Part shown: positions 63,930 to 64,000 of the stretch, in pieces
Layout: the number at the start of each line of letters is the position of its first letter
Position numbering within the stretch: the first letter of the stretch is position 1
From: Escherichia phage vB_vPM_PD06
DNA length: 64,000 bases
Reading direction: 5' to 3' (one strand)
Sequence record: NC_052653.1
Notes under the pieces: model-generated
Databases searched by the model: none
Told to the model about the DNA's origin: nothing
What the model saw: the letters and a program-made list of their open reading frames with translations, nothing else
Translations under genes and position numbers: made by a program

Positions 63930-64000
63930 ATTTTCTATACTATAAAACGCCCTAAAAATCAAGATAATTCTGATTTATTGCGCTTTTAAGAAAGTAGGCT

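Noticed and set aside
1-64000. CRISPR array or defence island
   Set aside because: No direct-repeat/spacer periodicity found; the only repeats are short promoter-like motifs and AT-rich tracts.

Overview
This window reads as a contiguous segment of a large virulent tailed-phage genome with low GC content. No host chromosomal genes, CRISPR array or lysogeny module were seen. All calls are from manual reading of the sequence and ORF track; no database search or folding program was run. Layout: (1) 1-9200, minus-strand head/packaging module (major capsid, scaffold, portal, large terminase with an in-frame mini-intein in its P-loop, overlapping spanin pair). (2) 9377-12432, minus-strand array of about 19 tRNA genes, several structurally atypical. 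(3) 12440-15878, minus-strand genes including an NAD+ salvage pair (NAMPT and PRPP synthetase). (4) 15880-16298, divergent AT-rich control region. (5) 16299-51694, long plus-strand early/middle block: a three-gene RNA-repair-like cassette (metallophosphoesterase, ligase, P-loop kinase) plus a second ligase, flap endonuclease, thymidine kinase, ThyX, class I ribonucleotide reductase, a complete dTDP-L-rhamnose pathway (rmlBACD), glutaredoxin, T4-type lysozyme, PhoH, an HslV-like peptidase, a serine recombinase, two DNA methyltransferase-like genes, two metallophosphatases and a Sir2 homolog. (6) 51870-63293, minus-strand array of small early-type genes containing three paralogous families. (7) 63300-64000, non-coding repeat-bearing region. 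The most unusual candidates for a novel system are the rml pathway with no visible glycosyltransferase, the split RNA-repair cassette, the HslV-like peptidase and the Sir2 homolog alongside NAD+ salvage genes.
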